A stretch of 64,000 nt of DNA from Oscillospiraceae bacterium (GCA_018265835.1 JABLYK010000004.1:9015-73014); one strand, 5' to 3'. Numbered from the stretch's first letter, positions 28,692 to 41,316 are shown. The notes: generated from the letters alone by a model not told the origin. Translations and numbers: made by a program.

Positions 28692-31460
28692 TCATTCACA
28701 TACAATCTCCGCCCGGCTGCCGCCGGTTCGATCCTTCGTGACAATGATCTGCCGGTCGATTTTCTCCTTCAGTGCCGGCACATGCGAAATGATGCCGACC
28801 AGACGGTGGCCCTCGCTGAGACCGCTGAGCGCGCGCAGCGCTTTCTGGAGCGTCTCCTCGTCCAGGGAACCGAAGCCCTCGTCTACAAACATCGTATCCA
28901 GCCGAACCCCTCCGGCAGAGGACTGGATTTCGTCGGACAAGCCCAGCGCCAGCGACAGAGACGCCTGAAAGGATTCCCCGCCGGAGAGCGTCTTCACGCT
29001 GCGGATCGAGCCGTTGTAATGGTCGATCACGTCCAGCTCCAGACCGCTTTGACTGCGGTTGTTCTCCGCCCCTCTGCGGCGGCGGAGCTGGTACTGGCCG
29101 CCGGTCATGACGGAAAAGCGCTGATTTGCCCGCTCCAGAATGCGGTCAAACCACGTCATCTGGATATAAGTCTCCAGCATGATCTTTTCCTTGCCCGGAA
29201 GCGTGCCGTTCGCCGTGTTCGACAGCGCACGCAGCCACGAGAGCCGCTCCTCCTGCCCGGCAAGCTCGGCGCTCTGCGCCTGCACGCCGGCCAGTGCCGT
29301 GCGGTTGCGATCCAGCCGCCGGCTGATCTGTTTCCAATCCGCGTCCAACGTCATCTGGCGCGCCTGAATGCGCTGTAACTGCGTCGTTTCTTCCGCGAGA
29401 TCGACGTCACCGGACTGTCCAAGCTGCGTCGAAAGCGTTTCAATTTTGCTCTCCAGCGCCGTCTTTTGCTGCATCAGCCTCTGCTGCCCGGCCTGCGCAT
29501 CGGAAAGCGCGGCCTGCAGCGTTTCCCGGCGCTGCTGCAGCGTATCCATCTGCATTTGCGCTGTCTCTCTCGACGGATACGGAAGGCTTTGCAGTTGATT
29601 TTGAATCTGCGTCTCCAAGGCGCTGCACGTCGCCTGCTGTTGTGCCCGCACGGCATTCTGCTGCAGCTGCATGTTCTGCAGTCCGATCAAGCTTTGCTCC
29701 GTCTCCGGAATTGCCCTGCGAAGTTCATCGGCGCGCGCAGCGCGCTTTTCCGCCTCCTGCTTGGCAGCTCCGGTCAACGCCAGCGCCGTCTGCACGGCGG
29801 CCAGCCGGTCCGGAAGCACAGCCGCAGCCTCCGCAAGTGTAGTAACACCCAAAAGCTCGCCCACTGTGTGAAGCGTCTGCTTCTCCTGTTCGCTTGCCTG
29901 CCCTTGCAGACGGCCAGCCTTGCTGCTGGCATCCGATGCGCGCTGCTGCGCCTGCGCCGCCTCCGCCTCGGCTGATTCCAGCTCGGCCTGATCCGGGGCC
30001 TCTTGCGGTCGGACGGCAGGCGCCGGATGGCTCCGTGCGCCGCAGACCGGGCATGGCTCGCCGTCGGTCAGCGTGTCTGCAAGCACCCCGGCCTGCGCGT
30101 CCAGAAACGCCCGGTTTTTGCGCCGGTAACGCGCTTGCATCGCATCCGCTTCCTGCGCCGCTGCAGTGTATTCCAGCTTTGCCTGCTCCGCCTGCTGCTG
30201 CAAGGTCTCCAGCCGCTGCAGGTCCGCTTGCAGGCCGGAGAGCCGCTTTTCCCGCTCGGTCAGCGTTTGCAGCGTTCCAGCCGCACGTGCCGCCTCCGCA
30301 GCCGCGGATGCGAGGTCTTCCAATGCGTCCTTTTGCTGTTGAAGCTGCTGTGCCGTCTCTGCGAGCGACCGCGCGATCTGCTCTCCCTCCGTTTGCAGCG
30401 TTTCCAGCGCCGCCTTCGCATCCGCTTGCTCCTTTTGGAGCTGCGCAAGCCGGTCATACTGCGGCAAAAGTGCTTCCAGTGCCGCAAATTCCGCTTGCAG
30501 CCGCCCGATCTCCGGCTGCCGCGCCTGCGCGGCTATCAGCGTCTGCTCGACCGCCGCAATCTGGGGAACCAATTCTTCCAGAGCCGCCTGCGTGCTCTGT
30601 AATTCCGCGCGGCGTCTTTGCGTCTCTCTGCCGATGGCGATCCGGGCAGTCACGGCGGTGAGCGCCTGCGCCTGCTCGCTCTGCTGCGTCTCACACACCG
30701 CCTGCGCCGCTTCGTCCTGCTCGATCAGCTTCATCAGCAATGTTTCTGTTTCTGCCGGCGGGAGCGGCGCCGCCTGGATTGCTTCCAGCTCCGGAGCGAG
30801 TGCGTCATCCGGCGCGCAGACCGCACCACTGATGTACTGGCGGATGCCGGCTCGCAGCGTGTCGCAGCTCTGGCTCAGCGCAGCGGCGTCTTCCTTGAGC
30901 CGGTTTTGGAGCGTGCGGTACAGGCCTGTGTGGAAAATCTGCCGGAAAATTGCAATACGCTGCTCGGTCGGCGCGAGCAGAAGTTTCAGAAAATCGCCCT
31001 GCGCAATCATGGCCACCTGCGTGAACTGGTCGCGGTCGATGCCGATGATCCCGCACACCGCGTTTGTCACATCGCGGGTCTTTGTGACGACGCGCCCATC
31101 CGGATACGTCAGCACCGCATCCGCTTTCTGCGTTGTGGTGCCGCCGCCGCGCTTTGCAGGGCGCTCATACTCCGGACTGCGCCGGACCGTATAGGTCTCG
31201 CCGCGGCAGAAAAACGTCAGCTCCACATATGTGGGTGTATCCGGTGCGGCGTATTTGCTGCGGAACATCGCCGCGTCCCGGCTGCTGCCGCTGGCCTCGC
31301 CATAAAGCGCATAGGTGATCGCGTCGAAGATCGTAGTCTTGCCGGCGCCTGTATCGCCGGTGATGAGATACAGTCCTTCCCCGCCCAGCTTGTCCAGCGC
31401 CAGAACCGTCTTGCCTGCATAGGGGCCGAAGGCCGACATCGTCAATGTGAGCGGTCTCAT
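28692..31460 (-). CDS. sbcC: SbcC-type ATPase subunit of the SbcCD nuclease
   Basis: N-terminal Walker A GDTGAGKTT, long Q/A/E-rich coiled coil with CPVC zinc hook, C-terminal LSGGE signature and DEGFGSLD Walker B. Confidence 0.9.
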   Translation of the reverse strand: MRPLTLTMSAFGPYAGKTVLALDKLGGEGLYLITGDTGAGKTTIFDAITYALYGEASGSSRDAAMFRSKYAAPDTPTYVELTFFCRGETYTVRRSPEYERPAKRGGGTTTQKADAVLTYPDGRVVTKTRDVTNAVCGIIGIDRDQFTQVAMIAQGDFLKLLLAPTEQRIAIFRQIFHTGLYRTLQNRLKEDAAALSQSCDTLRAGIRQYISGAVCAPDDALAPELEAIQAAPLPPAETETLLMKLIEQDEAAQAVCETQQSEQAQALTAVTARIAIGRETQRRRAELQSTQAALEELVPQIAAVEQTLIAAQARQPEIGRLQAEFAALEALLPQYDRLAQLQKEQADAKAALETLQTEGEQIARSLAETAQQLQQQKDALEDLASAAAEAARAAGTLQTLTEREKRLSGLQADLQRLETLQQQAEQAKLEYTAAAQEADAMQARYRRKNRAFLDAQAGVLADTLTDGEPCPVCGARSHPAPAVRPQEAPDQAELESAEAEAAQAQQRASDASSKAGRLQGQASEQEKQTLHTVGELLGVTTLAEAAAVLPDRLAAVQTALALTGAAKQEAEKRAARADELRRAIPETEQSLIGLQNMQLQQNAVRAQQQATCSALETQIQNQLQSLPYPSRETAQMQMDTLQQRRETLQAALSDAQAGQQRLMQQKTALESKIETLSTQLGQSGDVDLAEETTQLQRIQARQMTLDADWKQISRRLDRNRTALAGVQAQSAELAGQEERLSWLRALSNTANGTLPGKEKIMLETYIQMTWFDRILERANQRFSVMTGGQYQLRRRRGAENNRSQSGLELDVIDHYNGSIRSVKTLSGGESFQASLSLALGLSDEIQSSAGGVRLDTMFVDEGFGSLDEETLQKALRALSGLSEGHRLVGIISHVPALKEKIDRQIIVTKDRTGGSRAEIVCE

Positions 31461-32593
31461 GCTTCGCCTCCCCAGATCTGTTCGATCAATCCTTGCAGAT
31501 AGGCACGCTGCTCGCCGCGCATCGGCTGATTGTTCTGCAGCGCATAGAACTCGTCAAACAGCTCCAGCGGCGAGCGGTGCTCCACCTCCGCCACGCCCAG
31601 AATTTCCGCGCTGCCGCGCGTACGGCTGTTGTCGTAATCCAACCGCATGAGATTCGGGTACACCGCACGGAGTTTGCCGACCGCCTCCGGAATATCCGCC
31701 TCATCCGTCAACGTAATATGGACATAGGCGTTTGGGTCGGGCGCCCCATCCACTTCGCGCGCCGCGACCGCCTGAAAGCTGCCGCGCAGCTCCACAAGGT
31801 CGCGCTGCGGCTGCAGCGGGACAGTGCGCACCGTAAGCGTTCCCTTTTCCGCCAGCTCCGCCACCGTGACGGACTTTTGCTGCCGTGCCTCGGAGAACGA
31901 ATACTTCAGCGGCGTGCCGCAGTAGCGCACCCGGCTGCCGCTCACGTTCTGCGGGCTGTGGATATGCCCCAGCGCGACATAGTCAAACGGCGCAAACACC
32001 GCAGCATCCACATTATCGCTTCCGCCGATGGTGAGCTCCTCGGACTCGCAGCGCACTGCGCCGGTGACAAACTGGTGCGTCACCAGCACGTTCCGGCGCG
32101 CGGGGTCAACGGGCATGTGCGCCACCGCGCAGGCGATCGCATCCGTATACGATTCGATCTCCGCCTCCGGAAACCAGCGCCGCACGTGCATCGGCTTCAA
32201 AAACGGCAGCAGAAACACATCCACCGGGCCATGCTCATCTTCGAGCGTGACAGGCCGAATCTGGCCGTCATAGACCGGCGAAAGATACACCTTGCTGCGG
32301 CGGACAAGCTGCGCCCCGAATGCGATCCGCTCCGGCGAATCGTGGTTGCCGCTGATGACGAACACGGACACAGCCCGCGCCGCAAGCTGCGCCAGAAAAT
32401 CATCAAACAGCGCCACCGCCTCAGCCGATGGCGCTGCCTTGTCATAGACGTCCCCGGCGATGAGCACGCCGTTTGGCTGCTCATCGTCCGTGATGCGCAG
32501 AATCTGCGTCAGAATAAACGCCTGATCCTCCAGCAGGGAAAATTCATTCAGGCGCTTGCCCAGATGCAGATCCGACAGGTGCAGAAACTTCAT
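31457..32593 (-). CDS. sbcD: SbcD nuclease subunit
   Basis: Start MKFLHLSDLHLG (ATG 32593). Calcineurin-like phosphoesterase motifs (GDVYD, GNHD). Overlaps the sbcC start by 4 nt. Confidence 0.9.
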   Translation of the reverse strand: MKFLHLSDLHLGKRLNEFSLLEDQAFILTQILRITDDEQPNGVLIAGDVYDKAAPSAEAVALFDDFLAQLAARAVSVFVISGNHDSPERIAFGAQLVRRSKVYLSPVYDGQIRPVTLEDEHGPVDVFLLPFLKPMHVRRWFPEAEIESYTDAIACAVAHMPVDPARRNVLVTHQFVTGAVRCESEELTIGGSDNVDAAVFAPFDYVALGHIHSPQNVSGSRVRYCGTPLKYSFSEARQQKSVTVAELAEKGTLTVRTVPLQPQRDLVELRGSFQAVAAREVDGAPDPNAYVHITLTDEADIPEAVGKLRAVYPNLMRLDYDNSRTRGSAEILGVAEVEHRSPLELFDEFYALQNNQPMRGEQRAYLQGLIEQIWGGEA

Positions 32594-33396
32594 ACCGCCG
32601 CTCCCGTTTCGGTCAGATACTTCTGCCGGAGTGTCTCGCGCGCGTCCGGGCCGATCCCAAGCCGCTCCGCCAAAAACGCGTCGATGGAGCCATAGCGGGA
32701 TTCGACGGAATCCCAAATCAGATTGATGTACGCTTCCTTCGCGCTGTCGAACGTGCGCAGGGCGTCGAGCGCGTCAGGGTCGCTCGTATAGCGCCGCGCC
32801 TCGGCAAGCATCCGCTCCGTATCCGGCGCAATCTGGATATTCGTCAGCAAATAGTCCTCCAGAATGGTCTTTCGGTCAACGCCCAGCGCGGAAAGGAGCA
32901 GGAGCGTCCCCACGCCGACGCGGTCCTTCCCCGCCGTACAGTGATAGAGCAGCGCGCCATCCGCATGGTGCAGCACCAGATCCAGAAAGCTGCGGTATTG
33001 CCCGATGCTGTAGTCATCCTCCACAAAAGGCGGATACAGCGAGGCCATATAATCCTCCGCACGCTTGCCGCAGGCGATTGCGGCGCGCACCATCGGCGGC
33101 ACAGCGTTCGCTTCCTCCTCGCGCGTGATGCCAACAGCAAGCTCCCGGATGATCGGACAAATTACGTATTGTACACCCGGAAGCCTCACATCCGGCTTTT
33201 GCGTGCGCTCGCGCTCCGTGCGAAAATCGACCACCGTTTTCAGGTTCAGGTGCTGCAGGGTTTCCGCGTCCGCCGCCGTCAGCCGGGACAGCTCCCCGCT
33301 GCGCAGCAGCAGTCCCGGACGGATGGTTCGTCCGTCCGCTGTCCGCAGTCCGCCGAGATCTCTGGCGTTCGGCGCGCCGTGTAAATTCAGATTCAT
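32590..33396 (-). CDS. Tyrosine-protein phosphatase (Y_phosphatase3-like)
   Basis: Start MNLNLHGAPNARDLGG (ATG 33396). Active-site loop HCTAGKDRVG. Its stop overlaps the sbcD ATG as ATGA. Confidence 0.85.
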   Translation of the reverse strand: MNLNLHGAPNARDLGGLRTADGRTIRPGLLLRSGELSRLTAADAETLQHLNLKTVVDFRTERERTQKPDVRLPGVQYVICPIIRELAVGITREEEANAVPPMVRAAIACGKRAEDYMASLYPPFVEDDYSIGQYRSFLDLVLHHADGALLYHCTAGKDRVGVGTLLLLSALGVDRKTILEDYLLTNIQIAPDTERMLAEARRYTSDPDALDALRTFDSAKEAYINLIWDSVESRYGSIDAFLAERLGIGPDARETLRQKYLTETGAAV

Positions 33397-33403
33397 TCGT
33401 TTC

Positions 33404-34165
33404 TCACCGTATTCCAAATAGTTGTTTCCCGTTTTCCATCGTCTGCGCCGCGACCGCCTCCACGGACACGTCCCGGATGCGCGCGACCGTGGCCGCAATA
33501 TAGGGCAGGTTGCGGGAGTCGTTGCGTTTGCCGCGGTTCGGCACCGGGGCAAGGTAGGGCGAATCCGTCTCCAGCAGAATCCGCTCCATCGGGCAGATGC
33601 GGATCACCTCCAGCGCGCGGACGGCGTTTTTGTATGTGATCGGCCCGTCAAAGCCGAGATACCAGCCGCGGCGCAGCAGTTCCTTTGCCATCTCCACGCT
33701 GCCGGAAAAGCAGTGGAACACACCCCGCAGCGCGGGATAGTCCCGCACGATCTCCAGCGAGTCGCCGTGTGCCTCGCGGTCGTGCACGATCACGGGCAAG
33801 TCCAGCTCCAGCGCCAGCTCGATCTGCGCGCGGAACATCTCCTTTTGCCGTTCGCGGTACGTGGTGTCCCAGTAATAATCCAGCCCAATTTCCCCGATGG
33901 CGCAGACCTTCGGTCGCTTTGCCAGCTCCCGGATGGCCGGGAGACTGTTCTCGTCCCAGCTTTCTGCTTCCTCCGGGTGCCAGCCGACGGCGGCATAGAC
34001 GTGCGGATACTGTTGCGCCAATGCAACCGCGCGTCCGGAGCGCTCGGCATTGTCGCCGGGATCGACGACGAGCGTCACGCCACTTTCCGGCAGGGCGCGA
34101 AGCACCGCGTCGCGGTCGGCATCGAATTTGGAACTGTCATAATGTGCGTGCGTATCAAAATACAT
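33404..34165 (-). CDS. TatD-family metal-dependent hydrolase/DNase
   Basis: Start MYFDTHAHY (ATG 34165). The ORF-track N-terminal extension overlaps ligA and was discarded. Confidence 0.9.
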   Translation of the reverse strand: MYFDTHAHYDSSKFDADRDAVLRALPESGVTLVVDPGDNAERSGRAVALAQQYPHVYAAVGWHPEEAESWDENSLPAIRELAKRPKVCAIGEIGLDYYWDTTYRERQKEMFRAQIELALELDLPVIVHDREAHGDSLEIVRDYPALRGVFHCFSGSVEMAKELLRRGWYLGFDGPITYKNAVRALEVIRICPMERILLETDSPYLAPVPNRGKRNDSRNLPYIAATVARIRDVSVEAVAAQTMENGKQLFGIR

Positions 34166-34176
34166 ACTCCGCCCTC

Positions 34177-36815
<2,639 letters not shown>

Positions 36816-36857
36816 CCCCCTCTGCCACCGTATGCACAGGGAGACAGAATTATGCCA

Positions 36858-38240
36858 TTATTCCAGCGATTCGACAATCGCGCGGAAGGTATTGCCGCGC
36901 TCCTCGAAATTTTTGAATCGGTCGAACGACGAACACGCGGGCGAAAGCGTCACGATATCCCCCGGCTCCGCCAGCCGGTATGCCGTCTCCACCGCCGTGC
37001 GGAAATCGTCCTCGATCACAACCGGCAGCTTCTGCGCGTCGTAGTGCGCGTTTGCACGGATGGCGGCGGCAATGCGCTCTGCCGTCTCGCCGCAGAGCAC
37101 CGCAGCCTTGGCGTGCAGGCAGATCTCGTCGCCCAGCGTGTCAAACGGGATGTGCTTATCGTGACCGCCCAGCAGCATGACCGGCGGCTTCGGCAGCGCG
37201 TGCAGTCCCGCAATGGCGCGCGTCGGGCTCGATGCGATCGAGTCGTTGATGAACCGCACGCCATGCAGCTCGCGGATGAACTCCATCCGGTGCGGCACGC
37301 CGGGAAACGTTTTTGCAACGGAAACGCAATCGTCACGCGCGATCATCCCGTCGAGCGCAGCGAAAGCCGCCATATAATTCTCCACATTGTGCGCGCCGGG
37401 AATGCGGATGCCGGCGGCGTCCATGATCTTCTCCACCGCGCCGTCGTGCGCGCGGCAGATGACGCCATCCTGCAGGAAAACGCCGTTCTCCACCGGCCCA
37501 ATGCTGCTGAACAGACGGACTTTCCCTGGCGCACCTGCGGCAAACTCCGGCGTGTGTGCGTCCTTCGCATTCAGCACCAGCACTGCATCCGGGTGCTGAT
37601 GGAGATAAATATTCTGCTTTGCAGAGACGTAGTCCTCCAGATTCGGATGAACGTCCAAATGGTTCGGAGAGATGTTCGTAATAATCGCAATATCCGGCGC
37701 ACACATCATGCTGTGGAGCTGGAACGAGCTCAGCTCCAGCACAGCGATATCGTCCGGCCGGATGTCCGGCACGCGGCAAAACAGCGGCGTGCCGATATTG
37801 CCGCCGAGGTGGACGGTGTATCCCGCAGCCCGGAGCAGCTCCGCTGTGACGGTGGAGGTCGTTGTCTTACCGTCGCTGCCCGTAATGGCAATGATTCTGC
37901 AGGGGCAGAGCGCGCAAAACGCCTCCATCTCCGACGTGAGCACCGCGCCGCGCGCAGCCGCCGCTGCAAGCTGCGCTACATTCGGCAGCACGCCCGGCGT
38001 GCGGAAAATTACGTCAAAATCCAAATGCTCCAAATAGTCGTCGCCAAGAATGAGCTTGCCGCCCTTCCTTTTGACCTCATTGCCGATCTCGCCCAGCGCA
38101 TCGCTGCTGCGCTTGTCGCACACGGTCACATCACAGCTGTTTTCCAAAAGCAGCCGCACCAGCGGCGTATTGCTCACGCCCAGCCCGATCACGCCGATGC
38201 GCTTTCCTTTCAGGCTGCCGATATAATCGTTGAAATTCAT
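36858..38240 (-). CDS. murD: UDP-N-acetylmuramoyl-L-alanine--D-glutamate ligase
   Basis: Mur ligase motifs (ITGSDGKTTT). The ORF-track start is GTG 38249. ATG 38240 lies 8 nt from AAGGGGAG. Confidence 0.95.
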   Translation of the reverse strand: MNFNDYIGSLKGKRIGVIGLGVSNTPLVRLLLENSCDVTVCDKRSSDALGEIGNEVKRKGGKLILGDDYLEHLDFDVIFRTPGVLPNVAQLAAAAARGAVLTSEMEAFCALCPCRIIAITGSDGKTTTSTVTAELLRAAGYTVHLGGNIGTPLFCRVPDIRPDDIAVLELSSFQLHSMMCAPDIAIITNISPNHLDVHPNLEDYVSAKQNIYLHQHPDAVLVLNAKDAHTPEFAAGAPGKVRLFSSIGPVENGVFLQDGVICRAHDGAVEKIMDAAGIRIPGAHNVENYMAAFAALDGMIARDDCVSVAKTFPGVPHRMEFIRELHGVRFINDSIASSPTRAIAGLHALPKPPVMLLGGHDKHIPFDTLGDEICLHAKAAVLCGETAERIAAAIRANAHYDAQKLPVVIEDDFRTAVETAYRLAEPGDIVTLSPACSSFDRFKNFEERGNTFRAIVESLE

Positions 38241-38265
38241 CGGAATCACTCCCCTTATCTACCTG

Positions 38266-38294
38266 ATTATACTTCCCATTTTCCCTGAATACAA
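38266..38294 (-). promoter_or_regulatory. Promoter of murD
   Basis: Minus strand reads TTGTAT, 17 nt, TATAAT. Confidence 0.55.
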
Positions 38295-38475
38295 GAAAAT
38301 ATATTTTGAAACCTGTTGATCCGCTCAGGCCTGCATGGGGAGGGTCTGGGCGGGGATTGGTTATTCCCTCCCAGTAATTTCAATCTTTTTCTTCGGTCCA
38401 TGCCTCATGGACCGAAGAAATTGTAAAGGGAAGACAAAAAATGTCTTCCCTTTACGAAAATATGTTTTCTTCCGC

Positions 38476-38504
38476 TTGACTATCACAGGCCAGATGGGTA
38501 AAAT
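38476..38504 (+). promoter_or_regulatory. Promoter of rnpB
   Basis: TTGACT, 17 nt, TAAAAT, about 6 nt before the RNA 5' end. Confidence 0.7.
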
Positions 38505-38509
38505 AGTCG

Positions 38510-38852
38510 GGCGAGCAGGCCGAGCAGCCGCGGGCACAAGCCGAAAGGCTGTGCGTGAGGAAAGTCCGGGCTCCACAGGGCAAGGATAACGGGTAACACC
38601 CGCCAGGGGCGACCCTCGGACAAGTGCAACAGAAACAAACCGCCCGAGCGATCGGGTAAGGGTGGAAAAGTGAGGTAAGAGCTCACTCGCCGGCTGGAGA
38701 CAGTGCGGCGCTGTAAACTCTATCCGGAGCAACACCGCGGAGGGACATACGGCCGGCCCGGCCGTCCCATGGAGGTGGCTGGAACGCACCGGCAACGGTG
38801 CGTCTAGATAGATGGCTGCTTAAGACAGAACCCGGCTTACAGACCCGCTCGT
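38510..38852 (+). ncRNA. rnpB: RNase P RNA (bacterial type A)
   Basis: Universally conserved GAGGAAAGTCCGGGCTCCACAGGGCA near the 5' end. ACAGAACCCGGCTTACAG near the 3' end. P1 pairing CGAGCAGG/CCCGCTCG. Ends are accurate to about 5 nt. Confidence 0.9.
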
Positions 38853-38860
38853 ATCATAAA

Positions 38861-38902
38861 AAAGCTTCCGTCCCGGATCAAATCCACGACGGAAGCCTTT
38901 TT
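38861..38902. terminator. Bidirectional terminator (rnpB on plus, GT-C gene on minus)
   Basis: AAAAAAGCTTCCGTC-...-GACGGAAGCCTTTTTATTT. Confidence 0.8.
38866..38875. repeat. Direct repeat TTCCGTCCCG, left copy
   Basis: Exact 10-mer, also present at 41976-41985. Brackets the AT-rich islet. Confidence 0.6.
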
Positions 38903-38904
38903 AT

Positions 38905-40248
38905 TTATTCTTTCGTAAGAAACTGCTGCGTTTGTTTTACGCCAATAAGAATTGCCTCCACAAACAGAGAAATAGAAATTCCAAGGAGGATATACCTTGC
39001 CGGCATTAAAGAAGCATTGTATCTGCCAAATGCGAACGTCATTGCGTATATCATTACATTTCCCATATACAAAATTGCAAGGAACAGAATCTGCTGTCGG
39101 TTTCTTTTCAGCACAAGTGCCGCAATCACTGCGCAAACACATAGAATGGTGTTCAATCTCTGCAAATTCGAAACAGTATCAGCTGAGACATAAAATGCAT
39201 TATCCCAATAGAAAGTGTCATTTATAATTGACAATGGTTTTAGAAACCCATAGGAATATATCAGGCTTTTCATGTCGCGCTCTGCCCACACCCGGAGTCT
39301 ATAATTTGCTTTTATCCCATCGCTCCTCAAGTCGATGTATTTGGAATATTGCGGGAGTACATTGCCGTTCTCATCATAATATTGCGCATACTTTTCTTTG
39401 ACAACATCTGTTACATTTGTTTCGTAATCTAGACTCTCATCAGTTGGGTATCGAATTCCCTGATATGTTCCGAGCAATGTCGGATTCCCCGCGCCATAGG
39501 TCAGTGGAATAAAAGCGTCAAATTGCTTCATGTTCCGAGCGCACCAAGGAATTTCAAAGCAAAGAACGGCGCAGGCAACAATTACAATTTGTTTGAGTAA
39601 TTTTTTCCTGTCATATTTCACAATTAAAAGATACACCATTGCAAATAACGGATAAATTGCAATATTTGCTTTCAGCATAAGCCCCGTCATATATGCTATC
39701 AGGCATCCCCAAAATGAAATATTGTCCTGCCTTTTCCCCATTCTGAGCGTGAAATAAATCATGGCCGCAAAGCTACACATAAAAGGAGTCTCTGTGAGAA
39801 TCAGATTATCCATCCACGCAAACTCGGCTCCAAACAAAGGCAGCGATGCAACTACGCCACACCATTTTGGTGCAAACATACAGACACTCCTGTAAATGAA
39901 CCAAGCTGTTAAAGTTCCCCAAATAATCCAAAGGAGTTTCAACGCCGCCCACAGCAACTTGCCCTCTCCAAAAACAAGCACAAACGCCCCTATGAGCCAC
40001 GTCATGCCAGGCATGATTTGCGCACTTGGATACTCACCGTGCATGGACACTACGCCCGTCTTTGCAAACGTGATACCACTTATGACATAGCTCATATCAT
40101 CGCTATCCAGTGTATAGGTGAGTCCGAGATGATACAAAAGCAATACCCGCTCGATGAACAGCACTGCCATCAAAATTAAAATTGCTTTATGCTCGTGTAA
40201 AAAAGTGCGAAAGTTAGATTTGCCGTGCGTTCCCTGTAAGCTAGTCAT
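38905..40248 (-). CDS. Polytopic GT-C-fold glycosyltransferase (ArnT/PMT, GT39/83-like)
   Basis: More than 10 TM helices. DSDD acidic motif in the first outer loop. Large soluble loop. Start chosen at MTSLQG (ATG 40248). The ORF-track start 40281 has no SD. Confidence 0.72.
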   Translation of the reverse strand: MTSLQGTHGKSNFRTFLHEHKAILILMAVLFIERVLLLYHLGLTYTLDSDDMSYVISGITFAKTGVVSMHGEYPSAQIMPGMTWLIGAFVLVFGEGKLLWAALKLLWIIWGTLTAWFIYRSVCMFAPKWCGVVASLPLFGAEFAWMDNLILTETPFMCSFAAMIYFTLRMGKRQDNISFWGCLIAYMTGLMLKANIAIYPLFAMVYLLIVKYDRKKLLKQIVIVACAVLCFEIPWCARNMKQFDAFIPLTYGAGNPTLLGTYQGIRYPTDESLDYETNVTDVVKEKYAQYYDENGNVLPQYSKYIDLRSDGIKANYRLRVWAERDMKSLIYSYGFLKPLSIINDTFYWDNAFYVSADTVSNLQRLNTILCVCAVIAALVLKRNRQQILFLAILYMGNVMIYAMTFAFGRYNASLMPARYILLGISISLFVEAILIGVKQTQQFLTKE

Positions 40249-40603
40249 GTTTGCACTCACTTTCTTGCTTATGTTGATCAAGCGTAGTCAACGCCAACTC
40301 CTGTATCAGTTTTTCTATTTGTATCGTTTGCTTTGATAATGCTATAGTTTGCCGGAATACCAGCATAAAAAGCATAATCAAGGCCACGAAAAAGACAAAA
40401 TTCGATGGCGTTTCAATGCCAAGCGCTCGGCTAAGGTATATTGCGATTTGAGGGAAAATCGCCAGCAGTAGCATCATGATTGCCATGAGCATCCATAGTA
40501 AAGAATCTTTCAATAGCAGTTTTTTTGAATGCACTGTTTTTAAGACAAAAATAAAGAAAAGTATAGAAATCAAAAACAAAAACAATCTCAGTTGAACATT
40601 CAT
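40241..40603 (-). CDS. DUF2304-family small membrane protein
   Basis: 120 aa, 4 TM. Typical partner of GT2 genes. Confidence 0.8.
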   Translation of the reverse strand: MNVQLRLFLFLISILFFIFVLKTVHSKKLLLKDSLLWMLMAIMMLLLAIFPQIAIYLSRALGIETPSNFVFFVALIMLFMLVFRQTIALSKQTIQIEKLIQELALTTLDQHKQESECKHD

Positions 40604-40605
40604 CT

Positions 40606-41316
40606 CTACACCTCACTTCCACCAATACTGGTAATTAGAATGGCAAGCGAAACTTTTATCATATACAAACATGATTTCCATGTACGAATTGAAGACTGTC
40701 CGCCAGTCCTAGGCTTCATTTTAGCCGGTATCTCCCGAATTCGATATCCTTGCAAAGCGAGTTGCACAATAGATTCCGGTTCAGGATAGTCCTGCGGATA
40801 ATCAGAGTCAAACTGCTTAATCACTTTTTGGGATGCCGCACGGTAACCTGACGTACAATCCAAAATCCGATTTCCCGTAGTAAGTCGAATCAAGAATGAT
40901 AAAATATGTATTCCAACTCTACGCATCTTCGTAGATTGAAATGTTTTATTCTCATCTACAAACCGTGAACCAATGACCAAGTCGGCATCTTGGAGCGCAT
41001 CCAGTAAATCCGGGAGGCTACTAATGTCATGCTGCCCATCGCCGTCAAATTGTACCGCCGCGTCATAGTTATGACGGTTGGCATATCGGTAACCAGTTTG
41101 CACAGCCGCGCCAATTCCCTGATTACAGACATGGCTGACTACACGGAAGCCGTTTTCTTTGCAAACATCTAAAGTATGGTCAGAAGACCCGTCGTTGATA
41201 ATCAGGTAATCAAGTTTAACCTCACTCTGCAGACCATTAAAATCAATAATTTGACGTACAGTATTAGCAATGTTATCCTCTTCATTATACGCAGGAATAA
41301 TCATAAGTACACGCAT
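40606..41316 (-). CDS. GT2 polyprenyl-phosphate glycosyltransferase (GtrB/CsbB-like)
   Basis: Start MRVLMIIPAYNEE (ATG 41316, GGAGA RBS). DGSSD and DGDGQH motifs. Confidence 0.88.
   Translation of the reverse strand: MRVLMIIPAYNEEDNIANTVRQIIDFNGLQSEVKLDYLIINDGSSDHTLDVCKENGFRVVSHVCNQGIGAAVQTGYRYANRHNYDAAVQFDGDGQHDISSLPDLLDALQDADLVIGSRFVDENKTFQSTKMRRVGIHILSFLIRLTTGNRILDCTSGYRAASQKVIKQFDSDYPQDYPEPESIVQLALQGYRIREIPAKMKPRTGGQSSIRTWKSCLYMIKVSLAILITSIGGSEV

Noticed and set aside
29400-30700. Repetitive-looking GC-rich stretch with many overlapping short ORFs, superficially array-like.
   Set aside because: It is the Q/A/E/L-rich coiled-coil arm of SbcC, with the CPVC zinc hook at its centre. There are no regularly spaced direct repeats or spacers, so it is not a CRISPR or tandem array.
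28692-32593. SbcCD, considered as part of a defence island (Lamassu/OLD-like ABC ATPase plus nuclease).
   Set aside because: It has canonical SbcC length, a zinc hook and an Mre11-type SbcD. It is embedded in a ligA-tatD housekeeping string with native composition, so this is ordinary DNA repair.
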